Source: Macrostomum hystrix (lineage: Eukaryota; Animalia; Platyhelminthes). Taken from it: a stretch of 64,000 nucleotides of DNA. Position numbers and translations under genes: made by a program. The notes beneath the pieces are model-generated. The model had not been told where the DNA came from and did not search any database. It worked only from the letters and a program-made list of their open reading frames with translations. Of the stretch, positions 63,593 through 64,000 are shown piece after piece (position 1 is the stretch's first letter; each line of letters opens with the position of its first letter). Where the stretch lies: positions 22,010,001 to 22,074,000 of the forward strand of contig CATNEN010000001.1 of NCBI GenBank assembly GCA_950097015.1, written 5' to 3'.

Positions 63593-64000
63593 TTTACCGG
63601 AGGACTTTCTCATCGTCACGCAGTGTACACATTTACTGTGCCTTGGAGGTTGGCCCTCAAGGGCGAAAATTGCACGACAAGCCCCCAAGCGGCTGCTTCT
63701 ATCAGCGGCTGCGCCCCAAATGAATGTGGCCTTGAGCGTCGAGTTTCTAGATGCTTTATCAAAAAATAGGGCTAATAAGAAACGAAAAGTCGGAGCACAT
63801 AGAAAAAGCGACAGAGATAGTATAAACTGTATGAATTGTAATACATTACAGTAGCGCAATGAAAATGTCGATAAGCACAGGTGAACGTTCAGCAGGATGC
63901 AGCAGGACGGAACTCACAGCCACCACTCCTTGCCGCGAACTTCAGGCAGGGCGCCTCCACCCCTTTGCAGAGCAGCGTCCGGGTCATCGCCCTCCAGGGA

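Noticed and set aside
63880-64000. GC-rich segment at the window end, possibly a minus-strand exon with a GTGAGT donor
   Set aside because: Truncated by the window and too short to identify.

Overview
This is eukaryotic (metazoan) genomic DNA. AT-rich introns and intergenic DNA hold about 25 different minisatellite arrays, while the exons are GC-rich and often encode poly-Q/A tracts. The style suggests a free-living flatworm such as Macrostomum (inference only). Manually spliced gene models: the last exon of a dystrophin-family gene (+), a 2-exon PWWP/IBD HDGF-LEDGF-family gene (+), a 3-exon TMEM26-like gene (+), a 2-exon ankyrin-repeat + Mab-21/cGAS-like nucleotidyltransferase gene (-), a 3-exon uracil-DNA glycosylase (-) with a tandem degenerate paralog, and a ~12-exon PHTF-family gene (-). 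Mobile DNA: three hAT-type non-autonomous elements with perfect 8-bp target-site duplications (TSDs), one carrying a non-LTR RNase H fragment and one carrying a minisatellite; a Mutator-like MITE pair; a long-TIR MITE; tRNA-derived SINEs. The most interesting item is the intact 10xANK-cGLR fusion, a candidate innate-immune second-messenger synthase. Next are the UNG with an altered leucine-wedge loop, an AP-1-site satellite upstream of UNG, and a templated 36-bp insertion captured inside a tandem array.
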